The notes beneath the pieces were generated by a model. It was not told the origin of the DNA. It saw nothing but the letters and a program-made list of their open reading frames with translations, and did not search any database. From positions 58,032 through 122,031 of the forward strand of contig JAGYPA010000003.1 in assembly GCA_018399255.1 (NCBI GenBank): DNA of 64,000 nt, given 5' to 3'. Source of the DNA: Spirochaetales bacterium. Lineage in GTDB: Bacteria > Spirochaetota > Spirochaetia > JABMQR01. The position numbers and the translations under genes are program-made. Numbering within the stretch: the first letter of the stretch is position 1; the number at the start of each line of letters is the position of its first letter. Shown here in pieces: positions 1-8,664 of this stretch.

Positions 1-147
1 GCCGCGCTGCCGGCTCCGGGTATATCGAGAAAAGCAGTCGGCTCAAGCGTATGCAGAAACGGTTGTGCAGTTGTGGGATCCGTATAACGATTTGGAATAA
101 TGACGAGCCAATTTTGAATGCTTGCATGAAAAAAGGGGAGGATGAGC

Positions 148-1029
148 ATGAAGGAAGGCTTTTATACTGCTCTGGGAACGCCGTTGGATGCTGAAGGCCG
201 CCTGGCTGCAGAGAGCTTTGCTGATCAGATAGAGGATCAGATAGCAGCAGGGGCTTCAGGGCTCCTGGCTATGGGAACTATGGGAACATTAGGCTGCATC
301 CGCAGTGATGTCTACGAAGATGTCATTTCTTGTGCATGCAAAGCAGTTAACGGAAGAGTTCGCTTGATGGTTGGAATTTCCGACAATTCTCTGGCCAGAG
401 TGAGGGTCAAGCTTGATGTGCTGAAGCGGTATCCTGTAGATGTCGGCGTAATCACCGCTCCATATTACTTTCAGTTGTCCGAAACTGTGCTCGAGAGCTT
501 TTTTGCTGAAGCAGCAGCAATGACTGACTTGGATATCTATCTCTATGATCATCTGCCTATAACCAAGCACAAAATAACCTATCCTATGGCAATGCGGCTT
601 TCTCAGATTCCAAATATTAAAGGAATAAAAAGCGGAGACCTGGTACTTATCAAAGCGCTCTTTGAAAATCCGGATTTGAAGAGTGATTTTCTGCCGGTGT
701 TTTCCGGTTCGGATCTTTTTGCGGTCTCCAACCAGTACGGGATCAAAAACTATCTTGATGGCATATTTGCCTGCTTTCCGCGGACAATCAGCCAGGTACA
801 GAAATTTTTCGATGCTGAGGAGTACGGCAAAGCTGGAGAAGCCCTGAATCGCATGATGGCTGGACGTGACGAGATGTTTGCCCTGGGTATCTGGCCCGCA
901 TTTTCCTGTGCAATGAATCTGCTGGGATATGAAGGCAGCTTTGCTCCAGATTATGAACCGGTGATGGATGGTCCGGCATCACAGAAGGTGTTTGAGATAC
1001 TCCAAAAATGCGGAGAGCTGGAAGTATAG
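148..1029 (+). CDS. Dihydrodipicolinate synthase / N-acetylneuraminate lyase family aldolase (class I aldolase)
   Basis: N-terminal GTMGTLG-type motif and overall DapA/NAL-family pattern. GGAGG lies 6 nt upstream of the ATG at 148. The ORF track starts it at 142. Confidence 0.6.
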   Translation: MKEGFYTALGTPLDAEGRLAAESFADQIEDQIAAGASGLLAMGTMGTLGCIRSDVYEDVISCACKAVNGRVRLMVGISDNSLARVRVKLDVLKRYPVDVGVITAPYYFQLSETVLESFFAEAAAMTDLDIYLYDHLPITKHKITYPMAMRLSQIPNIKGIKSGDLVLIKALFENPDLKSDFLPVFSGSDLFAVSNQYGIKNYLDGIFACFPRTISQVQKFFDAEEYGKAGEALNRMMAGRDEMFALGIWPAFSCAMNLLGYEGSFAPDYEPVMDGPASQKVFEILQKCGELEV

Positions 1030-1054
1030 AGATAAAGAAAAAGGAGGACTGAGA

Positions 1055-2506
1055 GTGATTAAAGCCGCTGCCGAAACCTTTTCCATGGTACCTGCTGCGG
1101 ATGCCGCCGGTCAGAAGCTGACATTCGGCCATGTACAGAAAATCTTTACTCCACTGAAAACTACCATTATTCTGCTTCAGGATGATAATCAAAGTATATG
1201 TCTTCTAACGTCTCACTGGCTGGGTGTCCATTACTATCAGTTCAGCAATATTCTCCGGAAGACGCTTTCTGACGCACTGGGAGTGCCGTTCTCGCATGTA
1301 CTTGTCTTTGGTTCCCATAACCACTGTTCGGCGGCCCTGACCAGTCAGAGCAGAGTATTCGGTCAGCCGATGGAAAAGCTTTTTCTCTCGGAAGATCAGC
1401 TGACGACTGACGGTCAGCAGTTTGTCAGTGAGACAAGGCGTACCGCAGAAAAGCTGAGGAGAAATCTGAGGCCAGTAACAGTAAGCTGGGGTGAAGGCCG
1501 GGAACGGAGGATAACTCACAATAACAAAGGATACAGACCCGACGGTAGGACCTACATGATTCGTCATCCTGAAAGAATGCAGCTCGGTGAAAATTTTACA
1601 GGAGACATTGATGATCATGCACCGGTTATCGCGCTTACCGATAATCGGGGATATCCGGCGGCGTTCATTGTACAGTTTACCGGACATCCGACAACAGCCT
1701 ATCATCCTGATTATGCGGTTGTGCATGGAGAATACCCGCAAATTGCCTGCGATGACCTGAGTGCCGCATACGGTAATGTGCCTGTCGCGTTTATTCAGGG
1801 GTGTGCAGCAGACAGCTACTCAGTTGAATCCTTTGCCGGAAAAGCGGTGGGTGAAGCAGTTTCAAGGGCTGAATCAAACGGACATCTTCTCGGGGAAACC
1901 TATACAGCGACGTCTCGAAAGCTGCAGAATTCCCAAAGCAGCACGCTGGCTTTAGCGTGGGACCAAGTCCGTCTGCCGTTTGAGTTGCTTCCTTCTCTTG
2001 AGCAGATGAGAGAACAGTTGGATGAATTAGATCACTTTTCTGCACGCTGCCAGGAGGGGGATGACGGTGCTCTGGAATGTGTCGGACTCAATTTTCCAGC
2101 CAGTTTTTCCTTCGAGCATCGAATAAATCTTGTGGAACCTGTCCGACAATGGGTGAAGTGGATAATCGAACTGCACCAAGCCCATGGACGGCTTGGAATT
2201 CCCGAAGGAGTGACGACTCCGGTCGTTTCGTTCTGCATCGGTGATGTCGGATTCAGTGGTCTTGCATGCGAACCCTTCATGGGCATAGGGCGGCAGATCC
2301 GCAGCGGTTCACCTTTTCCGATTACCGTTCCCTGCGGTTATGTCAATGACACAAGCCTGGTCAACATTCCTGATTCACAGAATAACGGGGACCTGGACTT
2401 TATGAGCTCTACCTACCGATACACTAAAACCATGCTTCCCTATAAGCAGCCGGCCGGTGATCTGCTGGCTGCTTCAGCGGTCAGTATGCTGAAGCGTATG
2501 GTTTGA
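1055..2506 (+). CDS. Hypothetical protein, possible hydrolase, first gene downstream of the aldolase
   Basis: Long ORF. The likely GTG start at 1055 is preceded by AAGGAGG at 1041-1047. The annotated ATG at 968 would overlap the upstream gene by about 60 bp. I recognise no family. Confidence 0.45.
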   Translation: MIKAAAETFSMVPAADAAGQKLTFGHVQKIFTPLKTTIILLQDDNQSICLLTSHWLGVHYYQFSNILRKTLSDALGVPFSHVLVFGSHNHCSAALTSQSRVFGQPMEKLFLSEDQLTTDGQQFVSETRRTAEKLRRNLRPVTVSWGEGRERRITHNNKGYRPDGRTYMIRHPERMQLGENFTGDIDDHAPVIALTDNRGYPAAFIVQFTGHPTTAYHPDYAVVHGEYPQIACDDLSAAYGNVPVAFIQGCAADSYSVESFAGKAVGEAVSRAESNGHLLGETYTATSRKLQNSQSSTLALAWDQVRLPFELLPSLEQMREQLDELDHFSARCQEGDDGALECVGLNFPASFSFEHRINLVEPVRQWVKWIIELHQAHGRLGIPEGVTTPVVSFCIGDVGFSGLACEPFMGIGRQIRSGSPFPITVPCGYVNDTSLVNIPDSQNNGDLDFMSSTYRYTKTMLPYKQPAGDLLAASAVSMLKRMV

Positions 2507-2535
2507 ACATCCAATCCTGAACAGGAGGAATTGTA

Positions 2536-3261
2536 ATGAAAGACAATTTTACAGAATCGAAAGAACCTGCTGCCTGTACGGTTTCTATAGGTGAAGGCAC
2601 GCTTACTGAGCCCGGCGTGCAGATCGGTTTCCGGTATCATCCGGAATGCGGAGGCACGGTCATCGGCAAAAACGGAATTCTGCGGTACGGAACCATTATA
2701 TACGGTGATGTACAGATTGGTGACTACTTTCAGAGCGGCCACTATACGGTAATTCGCGGTATGGTGGAAATTGGCGATTACTGTACGGTAAGCAACCATT
2801 CAACTCTGGAGGGGCTTATGCGACTAGGCAATGGTGTCAGAATCATGTCCCATGTCTATGTTCCTACCCGGACTGTTATAGGAAACCATGTGTTCATCGG
2901 TCCGGGGGTTGTTTTCCTCAACGACAGGTATCCCGCCCGAAGAGAGAAGCCGGAAACACCTGTGGGGGCCGTTATCGAGGATGAGGTGGTGATAGGCGGG
3001 GGAGTTGTCATTCTGCCCGGTGTGACAATCGGAACCGGAAGCTTTATCGCTGCCGGGGCTTTGGTGAATAAGGATATTCCGCCCCGCAGTCTGGTAATGG
3101 GAGTTCCCGGCAATATAATGCCGCTTCCTGCCGATCTGGACAAGCCGAACAATCTGCAGCTGATCGAGCAGCCGCTGGATCTCTGGCATCCGAAGGGGCC
3201 GGATCCCCAAAAAGCTCACTGGCCCGAGCATCTGGGAAGGCGGCCGCTGTCATCAAATTAA
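2536..3261 (+). CDS. Hexapeptide-repeat (left-handed beta-helix) acyl/acetyltransferase
   Basis: Repeated [LIV]-G-x-x-x-x hexapeptides (IGDYCTV, IGNHVFIGPGVVF, VIGGGVVILPGVTIGTGSFIAAGALV). GGAGG lies 8 nt upstream of the start. Confidence 0.7.
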   Translation: MKDNFTESKEPAACTVSIGEGTLTEPGVQIGFRYHPECGGTVIGKNGILRYGTIIYGDVQIGDYFQSGHYTVIRGMVEIGDYCTVSNHSTLEGLMRLGNGVRIMSHVYVPTRTVIGNHVFIGPGVVFLNDRYPARREKPETPVGAVIEDEVVIGGGVVILPGVTIGTGSFIAAGALVNKDIPPRSLVMGVPGNIMPLPADLDKPNNLQLIEQPLDLWHPKGPDPQKAHWPEHLGRRPLSSN

Positions 3262-3357
3262 GCACCGATGGGTTGGGGCTTTCATAATTCAAGGATTTTG
3301 AAAGATCCTCAGATACAGGTGCAGCTGTCACGACGGGTATTTTACAGGAGGGGCCAA

Positions 3358-4902
3358 ATGGCAAAAAAACCTGATATTCTCTGGCTTCTGAGCGATCAGC
3401 ACAATAAAAAGGTAACCGGATATGAGGGGGATGCGTTTGTGCAGACTCCCCATCTCGACGCACTGGCAGAGAGCTCTGTTATCTTTGACACGGCAGTGAC
3501 TCCCAATCCGCTCTGTACTCCGGCCCGTATCTGCATGCTGACGGGAAAAGAAGCCCACCACTGCTCGGCTTATACAAACCACTGGCCGGTATTCCCGGAA
3601 CATCTTACCTGGCCCGGTCATTTTGCTGATAACGGATACCGGACTTGTCTGGTGGGGAAAATGCATCTGGGTGGAAAAAACCAGCTTGCCGGTTTTCAGC
3701 ATCGGCCTTATGGTGACCTCAGGCATGGGGTAGGTCATCAGCCTGATCCACTGGCCAAGTTTCCCGGGTATGCAAATGTCCGCAGTGCGGGAATAACAGA
3801 GCTGCCGGAAACGATGCTCCAGGATTTTGTCGTTGCCCATGAATCGCTGGCTTTTATCAGAGAGCATGCGGACAGGGAACCTGATGTGCCCTGGTTTCTC
3901 TGTGCTTCCTTCACCCGGCCGCATGCACCCCTTACTGCTCCCGGCCGTTATATACGCAAGTACCGCGGAAAGCTTCCGCCGGCAGAGAAGCCGCCGCTCA
4001 GGGAGGATCAGACAAGTTACGAACCCTATGCCCGGAACTTCATTGAGAAGAGTTCTTCCCTGATAAGTCGGGAAGAAGCCCAGGCGGGGTACGAAGCCTA
4101 CTACGCCTGCGTGGATTTTCTTGACGACTGCATCGGGGATCTGCTTGAAGGTCTTAAGAAAGACGGACTTCTGGATAATACCTATATAATATATACCGCT
4201 GATCATGGGGAAATGCTTGGCCGTCATGGTATCTGGGGTAAGAAACTCTACTACGAACCATCAATGAGCGTACCCCTGCTGATATCCGGGCCCGGTATAA
4301 CCGGAGGCAAACGAGCAGCCGGTCCGGTATCAACCATCGATCTCTATCCGACTTTCTGTACACTTGCCGGACTGCCGATACCTGCGGGGCTGGACGGGGT
4401 TGATGTGAGTTCTATGCTTACAGATCCGGAAAACGCCCGTCCGCGCGATTTTGCTGCCTCGAGTTATTTCCAGTATGGAATATGGTGGGACACCGAGGAT
4501 GCGGTTAACGAACAGCTGCCGCATAAGGCGATGCGTGTGATTCGGGAAGAACGGTGGAAATATGCCGAAGTTGAACAGGGGGAAGCCCTTCTCTTTGATA
4601 TGGCAGATGATCCCGAAGAGCGCATCAATCTGGTGCAGGATCCAGCTCATCAAGATCGGGTTCAGCGGATGCGGGAAAAGCTCTATACCAATTTCAGCTG
4701 GGCTGGGGTTCATCGAAAGCTGGCAGAAGATAGGGAGCGCAGGCTGCAGGTGACCTCGGGAATGAAGCCGACTACGCCGAATCAGTACCTGCTGGCTGAC
4801 GGCAGGCTTGTTGATGCCGAGAGGGATCTCTACGATGCCCGTTGGATTGTCATACCGGAAGAACCCGAGTCGGGAGGTCATATTCCTCAGTATTTCGGTT
4901 GA
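3358..4902 (+). CDS. Sulfatase (formylglycine-dependent arylsulfatase family)
   Basis: C-T-P-A-R motif (C-x-P-x-R sulfatase signature) near the N-terminus at LCTPARICMLTG, and a downstream GKMHLGG motif. The start moves to the in-frame ATG at 3358 (MAKKPDILWLLSDQHN). Confidence 0.8.
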   Translation: MAKKPDILWLLSDQHNKKVTGYEGDAFVQTPHLDALAESSVIFDTAVTPNPLCTPARICMLTGKEAHHCSAYTNHWPVFPEHLTWPGHFADNGYRTCLVGKMHLGGKNQLAGFQHRPYGDLRHGVGHQPDPLAKFPGYANVRSAGITELPETMLQDFVVAHESLAFIREHADREPDVPWFLCASFTRPHAPLTAPGRYIRKYRGKLPPAEKPPLREDQTSYEPYARNFIEKSSSLISREEAQAGYEAYYACVDFLDDCIGDLLEGLKKDGLLDNTYIIYTADHGEMLGRHGIWGKKLYYEPSMSVPLLISGPGITGGKRAAGPVSTIDLYPTFCTLAGLPIPAGLDGVDVSSMLTDPENARPRDFAASSYFQYGIWWDTEDAVNEQLPHKAMRVIREERWKYAEVEQGEALLFDMADDPEERINLVQDPAHQDRVQRMREKLYTNFSWAGVHRKLAEDRERRLQVTSGMKPTTPNQYLLADGRLVDAERDLYDARWIVIPEEPESGGHIPQYFG

Positions 4903-5010
4903 TGAGGTTCTTCTGAAGGCGGCAGGAAGCAGTTAATCAATCGATAAACCTGATGCTGCGGCTATTGTAAAATGGGAAAAATCGTATATACTATAGTCAG
5001 TATATATCAA

Positions 5011-5041
5011 TATAACCGTTTGGTTATAGCGGTCTTTTTTT
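5011..5041 (+). terminator. Weak candidate intrinsic terminator after the sulfatase operon
   Basis: AT-rich 7-bp stem (tataacc/ggttata) followed by a T7 run. Confidence 0.3.
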
Positions 5042-5176
5042 ACACCTTTTCGTTTTATACCATTCTGTGAGCAACTGTTATGTACATAACGGAGTCATGA
5101 CTGCTGAACGTACCATGCTTCAATAGTGAAAGGTACTGTACAAAATGCGCAAACAATCAAGGAGATTATTTTTTTG

Positions 5177-5205
5177 TTGACAAACGGGAAAATGAAAAGT
5201 ACAAT
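5177..5205 (+). promoter_or_regulatory. Sigma70-like promoter (TTGACA-17-TACAAT) for the ABC transporter operon
   Basis: TTGACA at 5177-5182 and TACAAT at 5200-5205 with 17-nt spacing, about 170 nt upstream of the substrate-binding protein start. Confidence 0.45.
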
Positions 5206-5374
5206 TTTAATTGTTATAATATTAGTACAATAAATAATTGATCGGTTATACAGATAGTGATTGGTTATACAGGGATTAAAGTTAAAATGAGGAAGATTTT
5301 CTTTCTCTGAAAAAGTTTCGGTATATTGCTTGCTGTCGGAAGACAGCAGTAAGAAAAAACTATGGAGGTTTGTA

Positions 5375-6727
5375 ATGAAACGTAGTGCAAAGATTCTTAT
5401 GGCTGCAGCAGTTTTCTTTCTCGCGGCTGGTATGCTATTTGCCGCCGGGCAGCAGGAAGCAGAAGCAGGTGGAGATGTAACCATCTCTTTTTGGCACTTT
5501 CCCCAAGTAATTGGTGTGAAGGGGTTTGAGGATCAGTCAAAAGAGTATGGCCAGTTCTGGGCGTATCTTGCAGAAGAGTTCAGCGCCATGGACAACGGTA
5601 TTAAAGTTGAAACCGAGCTGATCCCCTGGACCGGCGGTTTTGAACGGTTCAATGTTGCTATTGCCGGTGGTAATCCACCCACAATCGGAGCTGATTATCT
5701 GGGCAGAACTCCCATTTACTATGCCTCAGGGATGGCAACTCCGGCAAACGAAGTAGTTCCTTCCCTGGTGGACGATACCGATGCCTCAATTGTGGATATT
5801 TATACACTCAGTGACGGCAATGTACACGCGCTTCCGGCCTTCAGCTGGAGTCAGGGACAGATGGTTGTGAATGTCGGCCTGCTCAAGAAGTACGGCTGGA
5901 CAGGTCCGGTTCTCAATGGCCCCGGGCAGCCGTTTTCCTTTGATGAAATGACGGCATTCCTGGAAAAAGCCAAAAAAATTGTCCCCAGCAATATATTTCC
6001 CACCGTATGGAGCTGCGGAGATGAGCAGGGCGACTATCTGTGGATGAATATTTTCACTGCCTATGGATACAAACCGTTTGATGCCGACGGCAATGTAGCC
6101 AGCGATGTCAGCGGTATGATAAAAGGTTACAACCTGATTAAAGAGCTTCATGAGAAAGGTCTTACAAACAGGGGTGTTGCCAGCATGAAGGGCAATGAAG
6201 GCAACGATGTATTTTCCAGCGGGCTCAGTGTTCTGAACCGGTCAGTCTCCAAATCTATGATAACAGAAATTGAAACCCGTATAAACGAGGGAACGCTGGA
6301 CTTCGAGTTTGACCTCATGGTCGTTCCTTATCCTACTCCCGATGGCGATTACGGGTATTCAGCTTTAGGGCCGACCGCCTTTATCTACCTGACAAAGGAT
6401 CAGAAAGAGCTTGATGCTGCTGCTGCATGGACAGAGTTTGTTATGCAGGAAAAGTACTGGCCGAACCTTGTTGCCGGAACCGGACAGCTGCTGCTCCAGA
6501 AAAGGTATGCTGATTTGGATCTTTACACCGGCGATCCGCTCATGGAAGTTACCGGGCTGATTAAAGCCAATACAAGTGCTATGGATTTTGGTCTGACCGA
6601 CCCGAACTACCAGAAACGCCGTGAAGCAATGGCTGAAGCTGGACAGAAGATTTTTACCGGAATGGCATCTGTAGAAGATGCAGTGAAGGCTCTTCATGAC
6701 CAGTTTAAAGCGCTTAACAAGGAATAG
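5375..6727 (+). CDS. ABC transporter substrate-binding protein (carbohydrate-type, family 1 SBP)
   Basis: Signal peptide MKRSAKILMAAAVFFLAAGMLFAAG. GGAGG lies upstream of the ATG at 5375. It is followed by two MalF/MalG-type permeases. Confidence 0.75.
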   Translation: MKRSAKILMAAAVFFLAAGMLFAAGQQEAEAGGDVTISFWHFPQVIGVKGFEDQSKEYGQFWAYLAEEFSAMDNGIKVETELIPWTGGFERFNVAIAGGNPPTIGADYLGRTPIYYASGMATPANEVVPSLVDDTDASIVDIYTLSDGNVHALPAFSWSQGQMVVNVGLLKKYGWTGPVLNGPGQPFSFDEMTAFLEKAKKIVPSNIFPTVWSCGDEQGDYLWMNIFTAYGYKPFDADGNVASDVSGMIKGYNLIKELHEKGLTNRGVASMKGNEGNDVFSSGLSVLNRSVSKSMITEIETRINEGTLDFEFDLMVVPYPTPDGDYGYSALGPTAFIYLTKDQKELDAAAAWTEFVMQEKYWPNLVAGTGQLLLQKRYADLDLYTGDPLMEVTGLIKANTSAMDFGLTDPNYQKRREAMAEAGQKIFTGMASVEDAVKALHDQFKALNKE

Positions 6728-6842
6728 CAGAGTAACGGAATAAGAACGAAAACTTTCTAGTGTTTGAGTTATTGAGGGCCCCTTGAAATAGATGTACTGT
6801 TGAAAGGGGCCGTTTTTAAAACTTTTTCTTCAGGAGGGGAAA

Positions 6843-7736
6843 TTGGCTAAACAGGCAAAAAGTTTATGGTACAGGATAAAAAGCGAGAGATCCGCCTATT
6901 TCTTTATCCTGCCCTCTATAATAATGTTTCTTCTACTTGTGCTGGTTCCCTTGATTTTGACGTTTATCTACAGTTTTCAGGATCGTGCTCTTGTACTCAA
7001 AGGGTGGGTTGGATTTCAAAACTACATTAATCTCTTCAAGGATCCCTATTTTCATCGAGCTTTGAAGAACACGTTTACCTTTGTGATAATACTGGTCCCC
7101 GTAGTGGTAATAGTTACGTTTCTGGTAGCTCTTCAGGTCTCGCCGCTCAGGCAGCAGTACCGGGTCTTTTTCCGGGCGGCTTTCTATCTGCCGGTGGTAA
7201 CCAGCGGGGTGGTAAACAGTATGGTGTGGCTCTGGCTTCTGAATACTGACTACGGTCTGCTTAACTTTATTGTCACATCCCTGGGGATGGAGCCGGTCAT
7301 GTGGCTGGCCTCGAGCAATACGCTCTATTATCTGATATTTGTGGTATTCACATTCAATTTCGGCACGCCGTTTATAATTTATGTTGCCGCAATGGGCAAT
7401 ATTCCTACGGTTCTTCTGGAGGTTGCCCGGATTGACGGGGCAAAAAAGCGGACCATAACCTGGAAGATTGTTTTTCCTCTGCTGAAGCCGGTGACATTTT
7501 TTCTTTTTGTTACCCAGACAATTTTTGTGTTCATGGTCTTTGTCGTAATCCAGCTTCTGACCGACGGAGGACCGGCTCGCACAACAGAAACCATTATTTA
7601 TATGCTCTATAAGACAGCATTTCGTTTTCTGGAATTTGGCCGAGCCTCAGCCATGGGTGTAATTCTGCTTTTTATAATACTGAGTATTTCAATCCTGCAG
7701 AAAGTTCTTGTGGGAAAAGATGACACCACCTATTGA
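6843..7736 (+). CDS. Carbohydrate ABC transporter permease (MalF/UgpA-like)
   Basis: Multi-TM protein with the EAA-type loop region (VARIDGAKKRTITWKIVFPLLKP). Confidence 0.8.
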   Translation: MAKQAKSLWYRIKSERSAYFFILPSIIMFLLLVLVPLILTFIYSFQDRALVLKGWVGFQNYINLFKDPYFHRALKNTFTFVIILVPVVVIVTFLVALQVSPLRQQYRVFFRAAFYLPVVTSGVVNSMVWLWLLNTDYGLLNFIVTSLGMEPVMWLASSNTLYYLIFVVFTFNFGTPFIIYVAAMGNIPTVLLEVARIDGAKKRTITWKIVFPLLKPVTFFLFVTQTIFVFMVFVVIQLLTDGGPARTTETIIYMLYKTAFRFLEFGRASAMGVILLFIILSISILQKVLVGKDDTTY

Positions 7737-7748
7737 TGGAGTGAGACG

Positions 7749-8618
7749 ATGAAACGATTTATGATAGAGTCCCGCGAGTTTGCCTATGGAAATCGTCAGG
7801 AACAGGTAAAGTATTATTTCATTATTTTCTTGACGTTTCTACTCTCCTTTATCTTTATTTTTCCCTTCTACTGGTTGTTTAAGGGGGCCTTTCAGCCGCC
7901 CTATATGGCGACGCAGATGCCGCCCGCCTTTGCACCGGTAAATCTGACGTTTAACAACTTTTTTCGGCTTTTTTCCCGATTCCCCGCTTTTCGCTGGTTT
8001 ATCAACAGCGTAATTGTTTCCGGCTGCGCTACGGCTTTTACGCTTGTATTCGGATCTCTGGCCGGCTATGCTTTTGCAAAGCGGAAATTTCCGGGGAAAG
8101 AGGTTCTTTTCTGGATGCTGCTGGCTACCATGATGCTTCCAAGACAAGTGACGCTGATTCCGCTCTACATAATCATGAACAACTATGGATTATACAACAC
8201 CTATCCGGGGATGTTTCTTCCTCAGATAGCCTGGCCGTTCGGCCTGTTTCTCATGCGGCAGTTCATGACCTCAATTCCCGATGAGCTGATTCAGTCCGCA
8301 AAAGTTGACGGAGCTAACGAGCTGACGATTTTTCTGCGGATAATTGTTCCCCTCAGTATACCGGCTTTTGGAACCGTCGGGATTCTCTATTTTGTTCGCG
8401 TCTGGAACGATTATCTCTGGCAGCTGGTAATAAGTAAGGATCTCGTTATGAATACCCTGCCGGTAGGGGTAGCTAAAATTTCACAAGGGGAGTTTGCGGT
8501 GGATTACGGCCTGCTGATGTCCGGAGCGGCTGTCAGTGCGATTCCCATGATTGTTATATTTCTCTTTTTCCAGAAGTATTTTGTGACAGGGCTTACCGTA
8601 GGCAGCGTCAAAGGCTAG
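7749..8618 (+). CDS. Carbohydrate ABC transporter permease (MalG/UgpE-like)
   Basis: Multi-TM protein with the EAA motif region (SAKVDGANELTIFLRIIVPLSIPA). Confidence 0.8.
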   Translation: MKRFMIESREFAYGNRQEQVKYYFIIFLTFLLSFIFIFPFYWLFKGAFQPPYMATQMPPAFAPVNLTFNNFFRLFSRFPAFRWFINSVIVSGCATAFTLVFGSLAGYAFAKRKFPGKEVLFWMLLATMMLPRQVTLIPLYIIMNNYGLYNTYPGMFLPQIAWPFGLFLMRQFMTSIPDELIQSAKVDGANELTIFLRIIVPLSIPAFGTVGILYFVRVWNDYLWQLVISKDLVMNTLPVGVAKISQGEFAVDYGLLMSGAAVSAIPMIVIFLFFQKYFVTGLTVGSVKG

Positions 8619-8664
8619 TTGCTGCGTAAATAAATCAAGGTGAAATAAATCAAGGTGAAAATAT

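Noticed and set aside
968-1054. N-terminal extension of the 512-aa ORF overlapping the aldolase 3' end
   Set aside because: A GTG start at 1055 with AAGGAGG 7 nt upstream gives a sensible operon layout. The extension would overlap the upstream gene by 60 bp.
289-1741. Antisense ORFs of 93-178 aa overlapping the aldolase and downstream gene (289-570, 788-1192, 1205-1741)
   Set aside because: They lie entirely inside stronger same-locus ORFs on the opposite strand. They have no ribosome-binding site and are low-complexity or Cys/Arg-rich translations typical of antisense frames.
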